Below, piece by piece: positions 55,219 to 64,000 of a stretch of DNA of 64,000 nucleotides (the first letter of the stretch is position 1; every line of letters starts with the position of its first letter). This DNA comes from Nitrospirota bacterium (GTDB lineage: Bacteria; Nitrospirota; UBA9217). The notes under the pieces are model-generated. The model made no database searches, was not told where the DNA came from, and saw only the letters and a list, made by a program, of their open reading frames with translations. The stretch covers positions 736,001 to 800,000 of the forward strand of contig CAWBNQ010000001.1 in the NCBI GenBank assembly GCA_963790205.1, in the 5' to 3' direction. Made by a program: the position numbers and the translations under genes.

Positions 55219-57081
55219 TTAGCGCCACTTTATTTTTCCAAGTTCCTCCGCCAGTTTTTCCGTTTCGTTCAAGAGCCGCTCCACCTCGTTGAGCCCCCGG
55301 TTCCAGAAGGAGATGTCCGTGATATTGATCCCGAGCTTCGTGAAGATGTTCTTCGGCGAATCCGAAAGGCCTGCCGAGAGAAATTCTTTCACCTTGGCGA
55401 TGAACGCCGGGTCCTTCCGCACAGAGTGCTGAAGCGACTTCGAGATAAGAAGCCCGCTCGCATAGGAGTAGACATAGAAGAAATACCGGATATGGCTCCA
55501 GTAGACCCACCAGTTCTCGGACCCCGCTGATTGTTCCACGGCGTCCCCCATATAAGCCGCCATATGTTTTCGGAACAGCGTGCCGATCTCTTCTTTGGAT
55601 AAATATCCCTTTTCCCCGTACGCTCGATGAAGCTCCTGCTCGAAGCGATAACACGCGACCTGCCGGAAGATGGACGAAACATCGTCGTTCAGTTTCTGCA
55701 TCATGATTGCGAGCCGCTGCTCCTCATCTGCCGCGTGGAGAACCTCTTCAAGCACGAAATCCTCCATGAAGGTGCTCGCGACCTCGGCGGTCGAGGTCGG
55801 CGTTCCAAAATCGAGCGCGTGCTGTTTCTTCCTGATGAGCTCGTTGTTGATGCCGTGGCCGAGCTCGTGCGCGATGGTCAGCACGTCATGCAGTTTTCCC
55901 GTATGGTTCAGAAGGATGTAGGTGGGCTGTGTTATAAGATGGTGAATGCAGAACGCTCCGCTGTCCTTGCCCTTTTTCGGATAGGCGTCGATCTGTCCGT
56001 TTTTGATGAACCTCCCGAAAATATCGGCAAACTCAGGGTCGAGCTTGGCCATTACGATATAAACGAGGTTAACGGCTTTCGCGTAAGGATAGCGCTTTGC
56101 AACCTCTCCATATTCGACATTCCGCTCGTGATACTTGAGTTTCCCGGCCTTGAGCAGCTTTGCCTTGAGCGCATAGTAGCGCCTGGAGATGTCGAACCGT
56201 ATTGCAACCGATTCTATCAGCGAATCCACAACCTCGCTCTCGATGTCGTCGCTCAGGTGTCGGAGCGCGTCGGGCCGCGGCGTTCCGCGAAGCTCGTCAT
56301 CGACCTTCTTGTTCTGGAGCACGGAATTGATTTCCGCTTCGGCGACGTCCACGTGTTTGCTCAAAATACCGTTGAAAGCCTCTGCCGCCGCGTTTCGCAC
56401 CGGTTTTCTTTTGCTGTTCATCAGGCCGACGATCTCTGAAAAAGGCCTCACCCTTCGCTTCCCGTTCTCCAGGACCACGGTGCGTTCTTCCCTCGACAGA
56501 AAACCGGCGGTCATTTTCGTCCAGTTGGAATAAGAAGTCGCTGACTTGAGATTCATGATCTTTTCTTCGGGCTCGCTCAAATGATAGCGCGCTTCTGCGA
56601 AGATGCGCTCCAGAAAGTGCCGGTACTTCCCGAGAGACCCGTGCCCGAGGAACTTTTTCTGGTGTTCCGGGTTTATCCGGGCAATGCGCAGGTGAAAGAA
56701 CTGGCTGTCGTTCTCGATCCTTTTGCCGAACTCCTCGATCTTGTTGTACTTCGCCTTGAGCTTCGGGTTGTTCTGGTCTTGCTGCGTCCTGAGCCAGAAA
56801 TAGTATCCTTCGTCTCCGTCGGCGCCGTAGCCCCGCTTCCACTCTTCATAGTGATCGAGCGCCTGCCTCAGCACCTCGGGGTCAACGAGGTAATCGGCCC
56901 GGTCTTTCCAGGCGTTAATGAATTCGTAACTTTTTTGACCCACGATTGTGCGCCTTTTTTCCATGCGCGGATCATTGTCGTTTGCGAAGAGCGGCTTGAG
57001 ATCCCAGACGGTCTGTTCGACCCTTACCCTTAAGGATGGTTTCGGCGGTGTCTTGCGAGTTCGCGGCACTGTACGGGGCAT
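55219..57081 (-). CDS. pepF: Oligoendopeptidase F (M3B family)
   Basis: WDLKPLF, KGKDSGAFC, HELGHG, AEVASTFME, HIRYFFYVYSYA. Confidence 0.88.
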   Translation of the reverse strand: MPRTVPRTRKTPPKPSLRVRVEQTVWDLKPLFANDNDPRMEKRRTIVGQKSYEFINAWKDRADYLVDPEVLRQALDHYEEWKRGYGADGDEGYYFWLRTQQDQNNPKLKAKYNKIEEFGKRIENDSQFFHLRIARINPEHQKKFLGHGSLGKYRHFLERIFAEARYHLSEPEEKIMNLKSATSYSNWTKMTAGFLSREERTVVLENGKRRVRPFSEIVGLMNSKRKPVRNAAAEAFNGILSKHVDVAEAEINSVLQNKKVDDELRGTPRPDALRHLSDDIESEVVDSLIESVAIRFDISRRYYALKAKLLKAGKLKYHERNVEYGEVAKRYPYAKAVNLVYIVMAKLDPEFADIFGRFIKNGQIDAYPKKGKDSGAFCIHHLITQPTYILLNHTGKLHDVLTIAHELGHGINNELIRKKQHALDFGTPTSTAEVASTFMEDFVLEEVLHAADEEQRLAIMMQKLNDDVSSIFRQVACYRFEQELHRAYGEKGYLSKEEIGTLFRKHMAAYMGDAVEQSAGSENWWVYWSHIRYFFYVYSYASGLLISKSLQHSVRKDPAFIAKVKEFLSAGLSDSPKNIFTKLGINITDISFWNRGLNEVERLLNETEKLAEELGKIKWR

Positions 57082-57318
57082 GCTTACTCCTTTAATTCAC
57101 ACGATGGCATGCGGCTGTTTCAAGTATACAATACAAAAATACGAAAAAAGCGTGAAATAGTTTGCATGATTTTCAGCGGTCGGGAACGCTCCGGACCGCA
57201 AAGTTTATCGAACGTCCGAAATCCATTCATCGCGGGTTTTCTCTGTGCGCTTGTTACAAGCTTAGCATGTTTTCCTTCCTGTTGATATCCACCCTGTTTC
57301 CGGATAGGCAAAAAACGC

Positions 57319-57347
57319 TTGACAATTCCATTAGACTATGGGATTAT
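57319..57347 (+). promoter_or_regulatory. sigma70-type promoter of csp
   Basis: TTGACA-N17-GATTAT with TGn; about 110-nt leader. Confidence 0.55.
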
Positions 57348-57462
57348 TTGCTCGAAGTTCGGAAGTCTTTGTTGCAAGAGGTCGCAAAGATTGTTCGCTT
57401 TGCGGCTTTTTTTGTGATATTTCCGCTAGCTTCAATTTCCACAGAAGGAGGTTCGAACCTGA

Positions 57463-57663
57463 ATGGCAAATGGCACCGTAAAGTGGTTCAATGATTCCAA
57501 GGGATTTGGATTCATTACCAAAGAAGACGGCGGAGATGTTTTTGTCCACTTCTCAGACATCCAGGACAGCGGCTTCAAGTCTCTGGCCGAAGGCCAGAAT
57601 GTGACCTTTGACGTTGTTGACAGCCCCAAAGGCCCCAAAGCAGCGAATGTCGTAAAAGTCTGA
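57463..57663 (+). CDS. cspA: Cold-shock protein
   Basis: [30 protein letters not shown]. Confidence 0.95.
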   Translation: MANGTVKWFNDSKGFGFITKEDGGDVFVHFSDIQDSGFKSLAEGQNVTFDVVDSPKGPKAANVVKV

Positions 57664-57684
57664 TACTCCAGTCAAACCTTAAAC

Positions 57685-57723
57685 AAGGCAGGTCCCGATT
57701 CACCGGAACCTGCCTTTTCTTTT
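57685..57723. terminator. Intrinsic terminator between csp and tpx
   Basis: AAGGCAGG...CCTGCCTT followed by a T-rich tract. Confidence 0.75.
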
Positions 57724-57751
57724 GTATCCCTTTTTATTTCCCTGCACCGAT

Positions 57752-58282
57752 CTAAGCAGCCTGTTTCAATGCGATCATGTTCAGCGCGCTCAGCGCCCTG
57801 TCGTAGTCAGGATGCTGGGACTGCTCATGGACGATTTCCTTATACCGCACGATGTTTTCCTTGTCGATAATGAAGATGGAACGCGCCAGAAGCCGCAATT
57901 CCTTGATCAAGACGCCATAGGCCGCGCCAAAGGACGCCTCCCGGTGGTCCGAGAGTCCTTTAACGCGGTCGATGCCGGCGGCAGTGCAAAACCGGGAAAT
58001 CGCGAAAGGAAGATCCATGCTGATGTTCAGCACCGCGACATCCTGGGGCAACGATGCCGCCTCGTGATTAAACCGGCGAGCCTGCAGGTCGCAGACCGGG
58101 GTGTCGAGCGACGGGGTAACGCTGATTATCTTGACCTTTCCAGTGAAAGCGTTCAACCCTACCGGGTTAAGCTCGCTGTCCAGAACAATGAAATCCGGCG
58201 CTCTGTCGCCGACATTGATGTCCGGGCCGATCAGGGTGAGGGGACTTCCTTTCATGGTTATGATGTTTTTCCGTTCGTTCAT
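57752..58282 (-). CDS. tpx: Thiol peroxidase (Tpx)
   Basis: PSLDTPVC, ISMDLPFAISRFC, LLARSIF, HPDYD. Confidence 0.93.
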   Translation of the reverse strand: MNERKNIITMKGSPLTLIGPDINVGDRAPDFIVLDSELNPVGLNAFTGKVKIISVTPSLDTPVCDLQARRFNHEAASLPQDVAVLNISMDLPFAISRFCTAAGIDRVKGLSDHREASFGAAYGVLIKELRLLARSIFIIDKENIVRYKEIVHEQSQHPDYDRALSALNMIALKQAA

Positions 58283-58365
58283 ACTGAACCTCCTTACTTT
58301 CGTATTTCATCGTTATTCTGATTTATGAAAACCGCGTGCGCTCCTTTCTTCCCTCTCTACTAAAC

Positions 58366-58394
58366 AAGATAGAGCATATCCTGTATATTGTCAA
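58366..58394 (-). promoter_or_regulatory. sigma70-type promoter of tpx
   Basis: Minus strand TTGACA-N17-TATCTT. Confidence 0.55.
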
Positions 58395-58496
58395 GGTCTG
58401 CGCCCTTTGGCGCGACCGCATGTCACCATGAAAATATAAGACAAAGATAGCAGAAGGAGAAGGGGGAAGGGACTGGGCAGCCGACCTTCAGTCCGA

Positions 58497-58568
58497 TCAT
58501 TTTTTTCTTTCTTCCAACCTCCTCTTTATTGTCGGAAATGGCTTCAGGTACCTGTGCAGCAGAAAAGA
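58497..58568 (-). repeat. Diverged duplicate of the RACo gene 3' end
   Basis: SFLLHRYLKPFPTIKRRLEERKK* versus LFLPHTDLNAFPTVKRELEERKKT* at 60575-60649. Confidence 0.8.
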
Positions 58569-58699
58569 CCGTCCCAACCACCTCGGGGAACCCTTGAGGC
58601 TGTCTACGCAGGCCAAGCTAATGAAGAAAATGCCTTCACCTCTTTCCCGCCCGCCGGAGTAATTGTTCTCTACGAGAAAACAAAAAAATTTGGCTAGGG

Positions 58700-58733
58700 A
58701 ATTTTTTTGTAGGACGAATCCTACAAAAAAATT
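58700..58733. promoter_or_regulatory. Perfect palindrome, putative operator
   Basis: AATTTTTTTGTAGGA-CGAA-TCCTACAAAAAAATT (15-bp arms). Confidence 0.55.
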
Positions 58734-58945
58734 AGACTTTGCCCGATACCTCTTTTTACATCCCTGTGGTAAAATTTTTTTGCCATACAAAAGAATTATA
58801 AAATTGGAGCCGGACCGTTAGGCGCTACCATTGAATTACGACGAAGCAAACAGGCGTCTGGATATGGATACAGGATCAAGGGTCTCTCCCGGAAGCGTCC
58901 TCACGAACATCGCAGCGATCATCGATCATGAAGAGAGGTGAAGAA

Positions 58946-59731
58946 ATGAGTCAGGAGGCCGGTGCAAAGAGAGTACTCGTGCTGGACAATGATGAGAGCA
59001 TGAGGACCGTCATGCATTTTTTGCTCGGGAGGGCCGGGTATAATTCGTATTTGACGGAAGCCAGAGACGAAGCCATAGAGTGCTATCGGGAGGCGTTAAA
59101 GCACGGTCAGCCCTATGATGCCGTGATTCTTGACTGGAATAGCAGGGGGGGAAGGAACATCATGGAAACGGTCAAAAAATTTTTCGAAATAGATCCCGAT
59201 GCGAAGGTCATCGTTTCCAGCTGCGTTCTCGACGGTCCGCCTATAACCAATACCAGCGAGTACGGGTTCAGAGGCGCACTGGCCAAACCGTTCACGAGCG
59301 ATGAACTGGAGCAGGTAGTGCATGCGGTGGTCAACGAGCCACGGCACATGAAAAAAGTTCTCATTGTTGATGACAACTACTATTTTTTAACAGGGCTTTC
59401 GATGAGCCTCTGCGGATATCTGAAGAACTGTAATATCCTGACTGCGGGAAACGGCGGAAAAGCGCTGGAGATCATGGAATATATTCCCGTAGACTTGGTC
59501 GTGACTGACCTTGAAATGCCGATCATGGACGGGTATGAATTGGTGGAGACCGTTAAAAAGAAACAGCCGAACCTCCCGATATTCGCCATGACGGGTTGCA
59601 TGGCTCCGGAAACGGAGAAAAGGGTTGCGTCCCTGGGCGCACCCCGATGCCTTGAAAAACCCTTTGGTTTTAAAAAACTGGCGGACATGATCGCGGCTGA
59701 ACTCGGCGCGCGGTCCTCGGTGGCGGCCTAG
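58946..59731 (+). CDS. Tandem receiver-domain response regulator (REC-REC)
   Basis: VLVLDND..AVILD..KPF, then VLIVDD..LVVTDLEMPIMDG..KPF. Confidence 0.85.
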   Translation: MSQEAGAKRVLVLDNDESMRTVMHFLLGRAGYNSYLTEARDEAIECYREALKHGQPYDAVILDWNSRGGRNIMETVKKFFEIDPDAKVIVSSCVLDGPPITNTSEYGFRGALAKPFTSDELEQVVHAVVNEPRHMKKVLIVDDNYYFLTGLSMSLCGYLKNCNILTAGNGGKALEIMEYIPVDLVVTDLEMPIMDGYELVETVKKKQPNLPIFAMTGCMAPETEKRVASLGAPRCLEKPFGFKKLADMIAAELGARSSVAA

Positions 59732-59774
59732 CCTGCCTTCTACTTTAAAGAATCGGCTCTCTCGGAGGGGGAAT

Positions 59775-60188
59775 ATGAAATCCATACTGCTGCTTGAAGA
59801 AGATCTTGAAGGAAGAGAGATTCTTTCGAAGATGTTGAAGCAAAGAGGGTATCGCGTAATGCCGGCGGAACACGAGACCGCCGCGTTCTCTGTTCTGGAT
59901 TCCGGCAGCCCTGTAGATCTCGTACTTGCAGGGGCTACCTTTCGCAACAGAATCGAATTTCTGGCGCACCTTCGCGAGCAATCGTGCTCGGTGCCCGTCG
60001 TGTTTCTGGCTGACCATCGCGATGCAGAGTCGAAGTTGCACGGCCTCGTTGGCGGATTTTATGTATCGCCCAAACTCAATTTATACCTTAACACGAGGCC
60101 TATCGAGTTTCATGAGCTGGACAGGCTGATCCGCAACGTTTCGGGTCCCCAAGGTACCGGCTGCGTCACGCGCATACACGCGACGTGA
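59775..60188 (+). CDS. Degenerate single receiver-domain protein
   Basis: ILLLEED, VDLVLAG (no phospho-Asp), VPVVFL, TRP in place of KP. Confidence 0.7.
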   Translation: MKSILLLEEDLEGREILSKMLKQRGYRVMPAEHETAAFSVLDSGSPVDLVLAGATFRNRIEFLAHLREQSCSVPVVFLADHRDAESKLHGLVGGFYVSPKLNLYLNTRPIEFHELDRLIRNVSGPQGTGCVTRIHAT

Positions 60189-60335
60189 GCTTCTCAGGTT
60201 CAAAATAGTCATTCACAGGCTCCCGTTAACCGATCGGTAAAGTTTGCTGCTATTCCGCACACGAATTTATTCTCGCGGACTGCAGATAACCGTGAAAAAA
60301 TATGGATAGTCTGATGTCTGTTTGGAGGGAATGCC

Positions 60336-60551
60336 ATGTGCAGGATTGAACTTCTCGAGAAAAAACGCCTAATAAAAGGATTGAGCTATACGGAAATCGC
60401 AAAGCAGCTGGGTATTCACAAAGTGACGGTTTCAAGGACGCTCAGGGGAGAAACCATGAAGTCCCGGACCGTAGTTGGCGGATTCCCTGCGTGTCGAGAT
60501 GGAAAGCCTCGTCCAATACCCGCCATCCGTCTCAACAAAAACGCAGCTTGA
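60336..60551 (+). CDS. Small XRE/LacI-type HTH protein, possibly frameshifted near 60476
   Basis: GLSYTEIAKQLGIHKVTVSRTLRG; an alternative frame continues LADSLRVEMESLV. Confidence 0.65.
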   Translation: MCRIELLEKKRLIKGLSYTEIAKQLGIHKVTVSRTLRGETMKSRTVVGGFPACRDGKPRPIPAIRLNKNAA

Positions 60552-60574
60552 GGGACGCACCCGAGCTCGGGCCT

Positions 60575-62497
60575 TTACGTTTTTTTCCTTTCCTCCAACT
60601 CCCTCTTCACCGTCGGGAAAGCATTTAAGTCCGTATGCGGTAAAAAAAGCGCCGAGAGGTACTCATCCATGAAACTGCGCGATACGGACAGCTCCACGTA
60701 GGTCATCCTGTGCGCGATCTCTTCGGCCTCGTGCCGCAGGCGGTCGCACAGGAGCGCGAAGTAGGCCCCCATAATGGAGGTGTTGCCGAGGAACTGGAAC
60801 TTGTCCACGGGGAGGTCGGGCAGCATGCCGATGGTGATGGCGCGCTCGACGTCAATATACCGTCCGAACCCGCCCGCGATGTAGAGCTTCTCGATGTCCG
60901 TAAACTTCATCTCCATATGCGCAAGCAGCGTGGCAAAGCCCGCATAGATCGCCGCCTTGGCGCGGATCAGGTTGTCAAGGTCCGCCTCGGTGATCGCGAT
61001 CTCCTTGTTGATCGCGGATTCCACCCTCCAGGCAAGCACGTACTCCAGGCCGCTCTCACCCTTGCGGATGCGCTTGGACCCGATCTCTTCGCGTATTTTC
61101 CCCTTCTGGTCGATGACGCCGTTCAAGTACATTTCAGCCAGGGTGTCGATCATGCCCGAGCCGCAAATGCCGATAGGCTTCACGTCGCCGATGACCCGGT
61201 AGTTCACATCGTGCGTTTTGGGGTCGATCTCCACCTCTTCGATGGCCCCTTCCATGGCGCGCATGCCGAATTTGATGCCGCTCCCCTCGAAGGCGGGGCC
61301 CGCCGAGCACGCCGCGGTCACGAGCCAGTCCTTGTTTCCGAGCACGATCTCGCCGTTCGTGCCGATGTCGATAAAGAGCGAGACCCCGTCCTGCTTGTGA
61401 AGCTGCGACACGAGTACGCCGGCGGTGACGTCGCCGCCCACGTAGCTTGCCACATTCGGCATGGAGTAGACCATGGCCTGGGGGTCGATCTGGAAGCCCA
61501 CGCTCTTGCCGCGGATGAGCGGAAAGAAGGTAGCGACCGGGATGTAGGGCTCTTCCCTGATGAACTGGGGATTGATGCCGTAGAACAGGTGCTCCATGGT
61601 GGTATTGCCGGCCACCACGATGTAGTCGATCATGCCCGGGGGCACGTTGTTCTTCTCGGCCAGCTCCGCGAGCATGGTGTTGATGTTTCCCACGGCGAGT
61701 TCCTGGAGCTCCTTGAGCCCGTTCCGCTCCGTAGCATAAACGATGCGCGTGATCACGTCATCCCCGCACTTCGCCTGGCTGTTGTAGGTCGATGATGAGC
61801 CGATGACGTGCCCGTTCGCCATGTCTACGAGATAGACCACCACGGTGGTCGTGCCGATATCGACCGCCGCGCCATAGCGCGTGCGTGTGGCGTCGCCCTG
61901 GAAGATGTCCAAAATTTCCAATACCGTGCCCACGTTGAACACCGAGACCGTTACCTTCCAACTCCCTTCCCTTAATACGTGCGGCAGCTTCTTCAGTACG
62001 AGGTAGTTCATGTGGAGGTGGGAGGCATCGAGCCCTGCCCGGTCGAGGGCCCTGCGCACCCGTTCGAAATCCGGGAGGTTGTCGTCGAGGGTCGGCGGGG
62101 AGAGTTCGAGACAGACACGGTTGATCCGGGATTCGAGACATCCCCCGGCCTTCGCCATGAGCCGGAGGAGCTCTTCTGTTTTTGCGCCCGTTGCGATCTT
62201 GTGTTTTGCCTGCATGCGCGACTCGGGCGGGATCTCGACCACGAGGTCGCTCTTGACCCGCGTGAGACAGGCGAGCGTGTAGCCGCGCCCGGTCTCTTCA
62301 GCGCTTAAAAAAGAACGGGACTTGCCGCTCTCGGTTCTTCCTTCTTGAATGACGACCTTGCACTTGCCGCAGTTTCCTTTGCCGCCGCAGGAGGAAAGGA
62401 CATACAAGCCCGCGGCCTTCACGGCCTTAAAGAGGTTCGTATTGTCGTCGACGGAGAGGGAGACGTTGTCCGGCAGGAAGGTAATTTTGTGTTTCAT
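60575..62497 (-). CDS. RACo/ASKHA corrinoid reductive activator with N-terminal 2Fe-2S domain (DUF4445-like)
   Basis: CGGKGNCGKC...LAC; DIGTTTV; DIGTNGE; CSAGPAFEG; GICGSG; AGGFG. Confidence 0.9.
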   Translation of the reverse strand: MKHKITFLPDNVSLSVDDNTNLFKAVKAAGLYVLSSCGGKGNCGKCKVVIQEGRTESGKSRSFLSAEETGRGYTLACLTRVKSDLVVEIPPESRMQAKHKIATGAKTEELLRLMAKAGGCLESRINRVCLELSPPTLDDNLPDFERVRRALDRAGLDASHLHMNYLVLKKLPHVLREGSWKVTVSVFNVGTVLEILDIFQGDATRTRYGAAVDIGTTTVVVYLVDMANGHVIGSSSTYNSQAKCGDDVITRIVYATERNGLKELQELAVGNINTMLAELAEKNNVPPGMIDYIVVAGNTTMEHLFYGINPQFIREEPYIPVATFFPLIRGKSVGFQIDPQAMVYSMPNVASYVGGDVTAGVLVSQLHKQDGVSLFIDIGTNGEIVLGNKDWLVTAACSAGPAFEGSGIKFGMRAMEGAIEEVEIDPKTHDVNYRVIGDVKPIGICGSGMIDTLAEMYLNGVIDQKGKIREEIGSKRIRKGESGLEYVLAWRVESAINKEIAITEADLDNLIRAKAAIYAGFATLLAHMEMKFTDIEKLYIAGGFGRYIDVERAITIGMLPDLPVDKFQFLGNTSIMGAYFALLCDRLRHEAEEIAHRMTYVELSVSRSFMDEYLSALFLPHTDLNAFPTVKRELEERKKT

Positions 62498-62503
62498 GGG
62501 CTG

Positions 62504-62532
62504 AATATATCAGGGCGGGCATGAGGCGTCAA
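62504..62532 (-). promoter_or_regulatory. sigma70-type promoter directly abutting the RACo start codon
   Basis: TTGACG-N17-TATATT with TGn; 6 nt from the -10 box to ATG. Confidence 0.6.
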
Positions 62533-62667
62533 GAAATTTTTGGGTAATCCGACAGCGGATACCGCGTCCGGCGCAATCGTTGCGCGGGGATTGAAACGCT
62601 CTTTGGGGACTCGAAATGATTGACATCATTTCTGGTATACATTAATATGCAGAATCGGGAGGCGCAG

Positions 62668-63141
62668 GTGCAATCATTCGCCGTTCGTCTGGGAGCGCTT
62701 TGCTGCGTCGCGCTGCTGCTCTTCGGCTGTGTTACTGCACCGCCGGCAAGGCGCATCGACGGGTACTCGACCTCAGCCGCTGACAAGGCCGCGGCAACGG
62801 CCCTTACCATGGTCGGCAGACCGTACAAGTACAAGGGCGACAGCCCTTCGGGCTTCGATTGCAGCGGCCTTGTCCGCTATAGCTATCTTGCTGCGGGGAT
62901 GGACGTGCCGCACAGCACCTCCTCGCTCAGGTACCATACGCGACCGGTCTCTTCCCGCGACATGCGCAAGGGCGACCTGCTGTTCTTTAATGAGAGCGGG
63001 AAAAAATATTCCCATGTCGGAATCTATATCGGCAACAACCTCTTTGTTCACGCCCCCAGTTCGGGAATGACGGTCCGGAAAGATAATCTGCAGGATCACT
63101 ACTGGAAAAAACACTACCTGGGCGCAAGACGGTTTCCCTGA
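62668..63141 (+). CDS. NlpC/P60 (C40) lipoprotein peptidase
   Basis: SD GGGAGG then GTG; lipobox LFGC; GFDCSGL; SHVGIY; FVHAPS. Upstream TTGACA-N17-TAATAT. Confidence 0.9.
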   Translation: MQSFAVRLGALCCVALLLFGCVTAPPARRIDGYSTSAADKAAATALTMVGRPYKYKGDSPSGFDCSGLVRYSYLAAGMDVPHSTSSLRYHTRPVSSRDMRKGDLLFFNESGKKYSHVGIYIGNNLFVHAPSSGMTVRKDNLQDHYWKKHYLGARRFP

Positions 63142-63208
63142 GGAGACGAAGCATTGAGCTCTCGGCGGCAGCTCCTGTCGGACATGAGCTATCAGCCACG
63201 AACTGCTC

Positions 63209-63979
63209 TTACTTCCTGGGCTTCCTCACCGACTTCTTGATCGCCGCGCGAAGCTCGCGCTCCTCCCTTGCCTTTTGCGCAATACCGCTCCACAGCCCGT
63301 AGAGCAGGACCTGGAGGATGAGAACGGTCAGGAACCCGATACGCAGACCGTAACCGAGGGAGGAGGCGATCTGGTCCGCCATCTCCTCGATCTTCCGGTA
63401 GAGGATGAGCATGTTTGTCATGGCCGTGATCATCGTGACGGCAGCGCCGGCAATGACCCCTTCGAGGATGGCCTTTCCTCCGCTCGTGTAGCCGATCCAG
63501 AGTCCGGTGCCAAAGCTCGTGACGACGGCGAGGAGCCCAAGAAGGTAGAGGCCGTCGTTGCCGGAAAGCCAGGGGTGCTCTCCCCGCAGGAAGGTGCCTA
63601 CGGTCTCGATGCCGAAGGCGCCGTAGTAGAAACTGAAGGGCCTGCCGCTGAAATAGATAAAAAAAGCGACGAGCAAGATCTCGATCGAAAACTTGATGGC
63701 AAAGCTCACCCCCACGTCAGTAATGATCCGACCCGCGGTGATGTTCTGGAAAAGAACTTTCGCCCCGGCCTTCATCTCCTCCTTGGCTTTGGACGGCGGG
63801 ATAGGCCTGGCTTTGCCGGTTTTGCGGCGTTCGAGGACCTCGTAGATGATTGCGTAGAGAATGGGAATGAGCGGGAAGATGCGGCCTGTGTACGTATCAA
63901 GGTCAAAAACCTTGCTCACGGTGACCAGGCCGATGGCGCCGCAGATCGCAATGGTAAAGCTGAGAAAAAGGTTTCCCAT
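63209..63979 (-). CDS. Hypothetical multi-pass membrane protein
   Basis: 256-aa ORF with about six hydrophobic segments and host-like GC3. Confidence 0.7.
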   Translation of the reverse strand: MGNLFLSFTIAICGAIGLVTVSKVFDLDTYTGRIFPLIPILYAIIYEVLERRKTGKARPIPPSKAKEEMKAGAKVLFQNITAGRIITDVGVSFAIKFSIEILLVAFFIYFSGRPFSFYYGAFGIETVGTFLRGEHPWLSGNDGLYLLGLLAVVTSFGTGLWIGYTSGGKAILEGVIAGAAVTMITAMTNMLILYRKIEEMADQIASSLGYGLRIGFLTVLILQVLLYGLWSGIAQKAREERELRAAIKKSVRKPRK

Positions 63980-64000
63980 GGTTCGAAATTATATCACCGA

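Noticed and set aside
62566..62597. 32-nt GTCCGGCGCAATCGTTGCGCGGGGATTGAAAC resembling a type I-C CRISPR repeat
   Set aside because: Single copy, no spacers and no cas genes in the window. It lies between divergent promoters, so chance or a relic cannot be told apart.

Overview
GC-rich (roughly 60% by eye) bacterial chromosomal segment. Gene content and order suggest an anaerobic Nitrospirota or Desulfobacterota-like organism (inference). Housekeeping content: an acetyl-CoA hydrolase/GNAT fusion; tRNA-Val and tRNA-Asp; a ferritin-like protein; a cyclophilin; the cluster argG-argH-lipoprotein-lysA-dapF-dapA-dapB-dsbC-FAH-dapL-folK-dNK-panC; a GAF-GGDEF protein; the mreBCD-mrdA-rodA-radical SAM-rng operon; an RlmL-like methylase; a P-type ATPase; YeiH and TerC transporters; a peptidase/beta-propeller/Omp85 fusion; pepF, csp, tpx, a RACo/ASKHA protein and an NlpC/P60 lipoprotein. 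A ~2,320-aa YDG/Ig/FN3 surface-protein gene is cleanly interrupted by an IS1182-family element (16-bp IRs, AGTA target duplication). About ten genes carry single +1 frameshifts that look like sequencing errors. Main unexplained structure: (1) many intergenic inverted arrays of degenerate 7-nt (sometimes 9-nt) tandem repeats, mostly with a different unit at each site, which also sit in frame inside the ATPase and both upstream of and inside a four-helix-bundle gene; (2) two small islands, each bracketed by diverged copies of a gene 3' end (type IIG restriction-modification tails; the RACo tail); (3) a DsbC-like protein with an N-terminal CxxCH motif.
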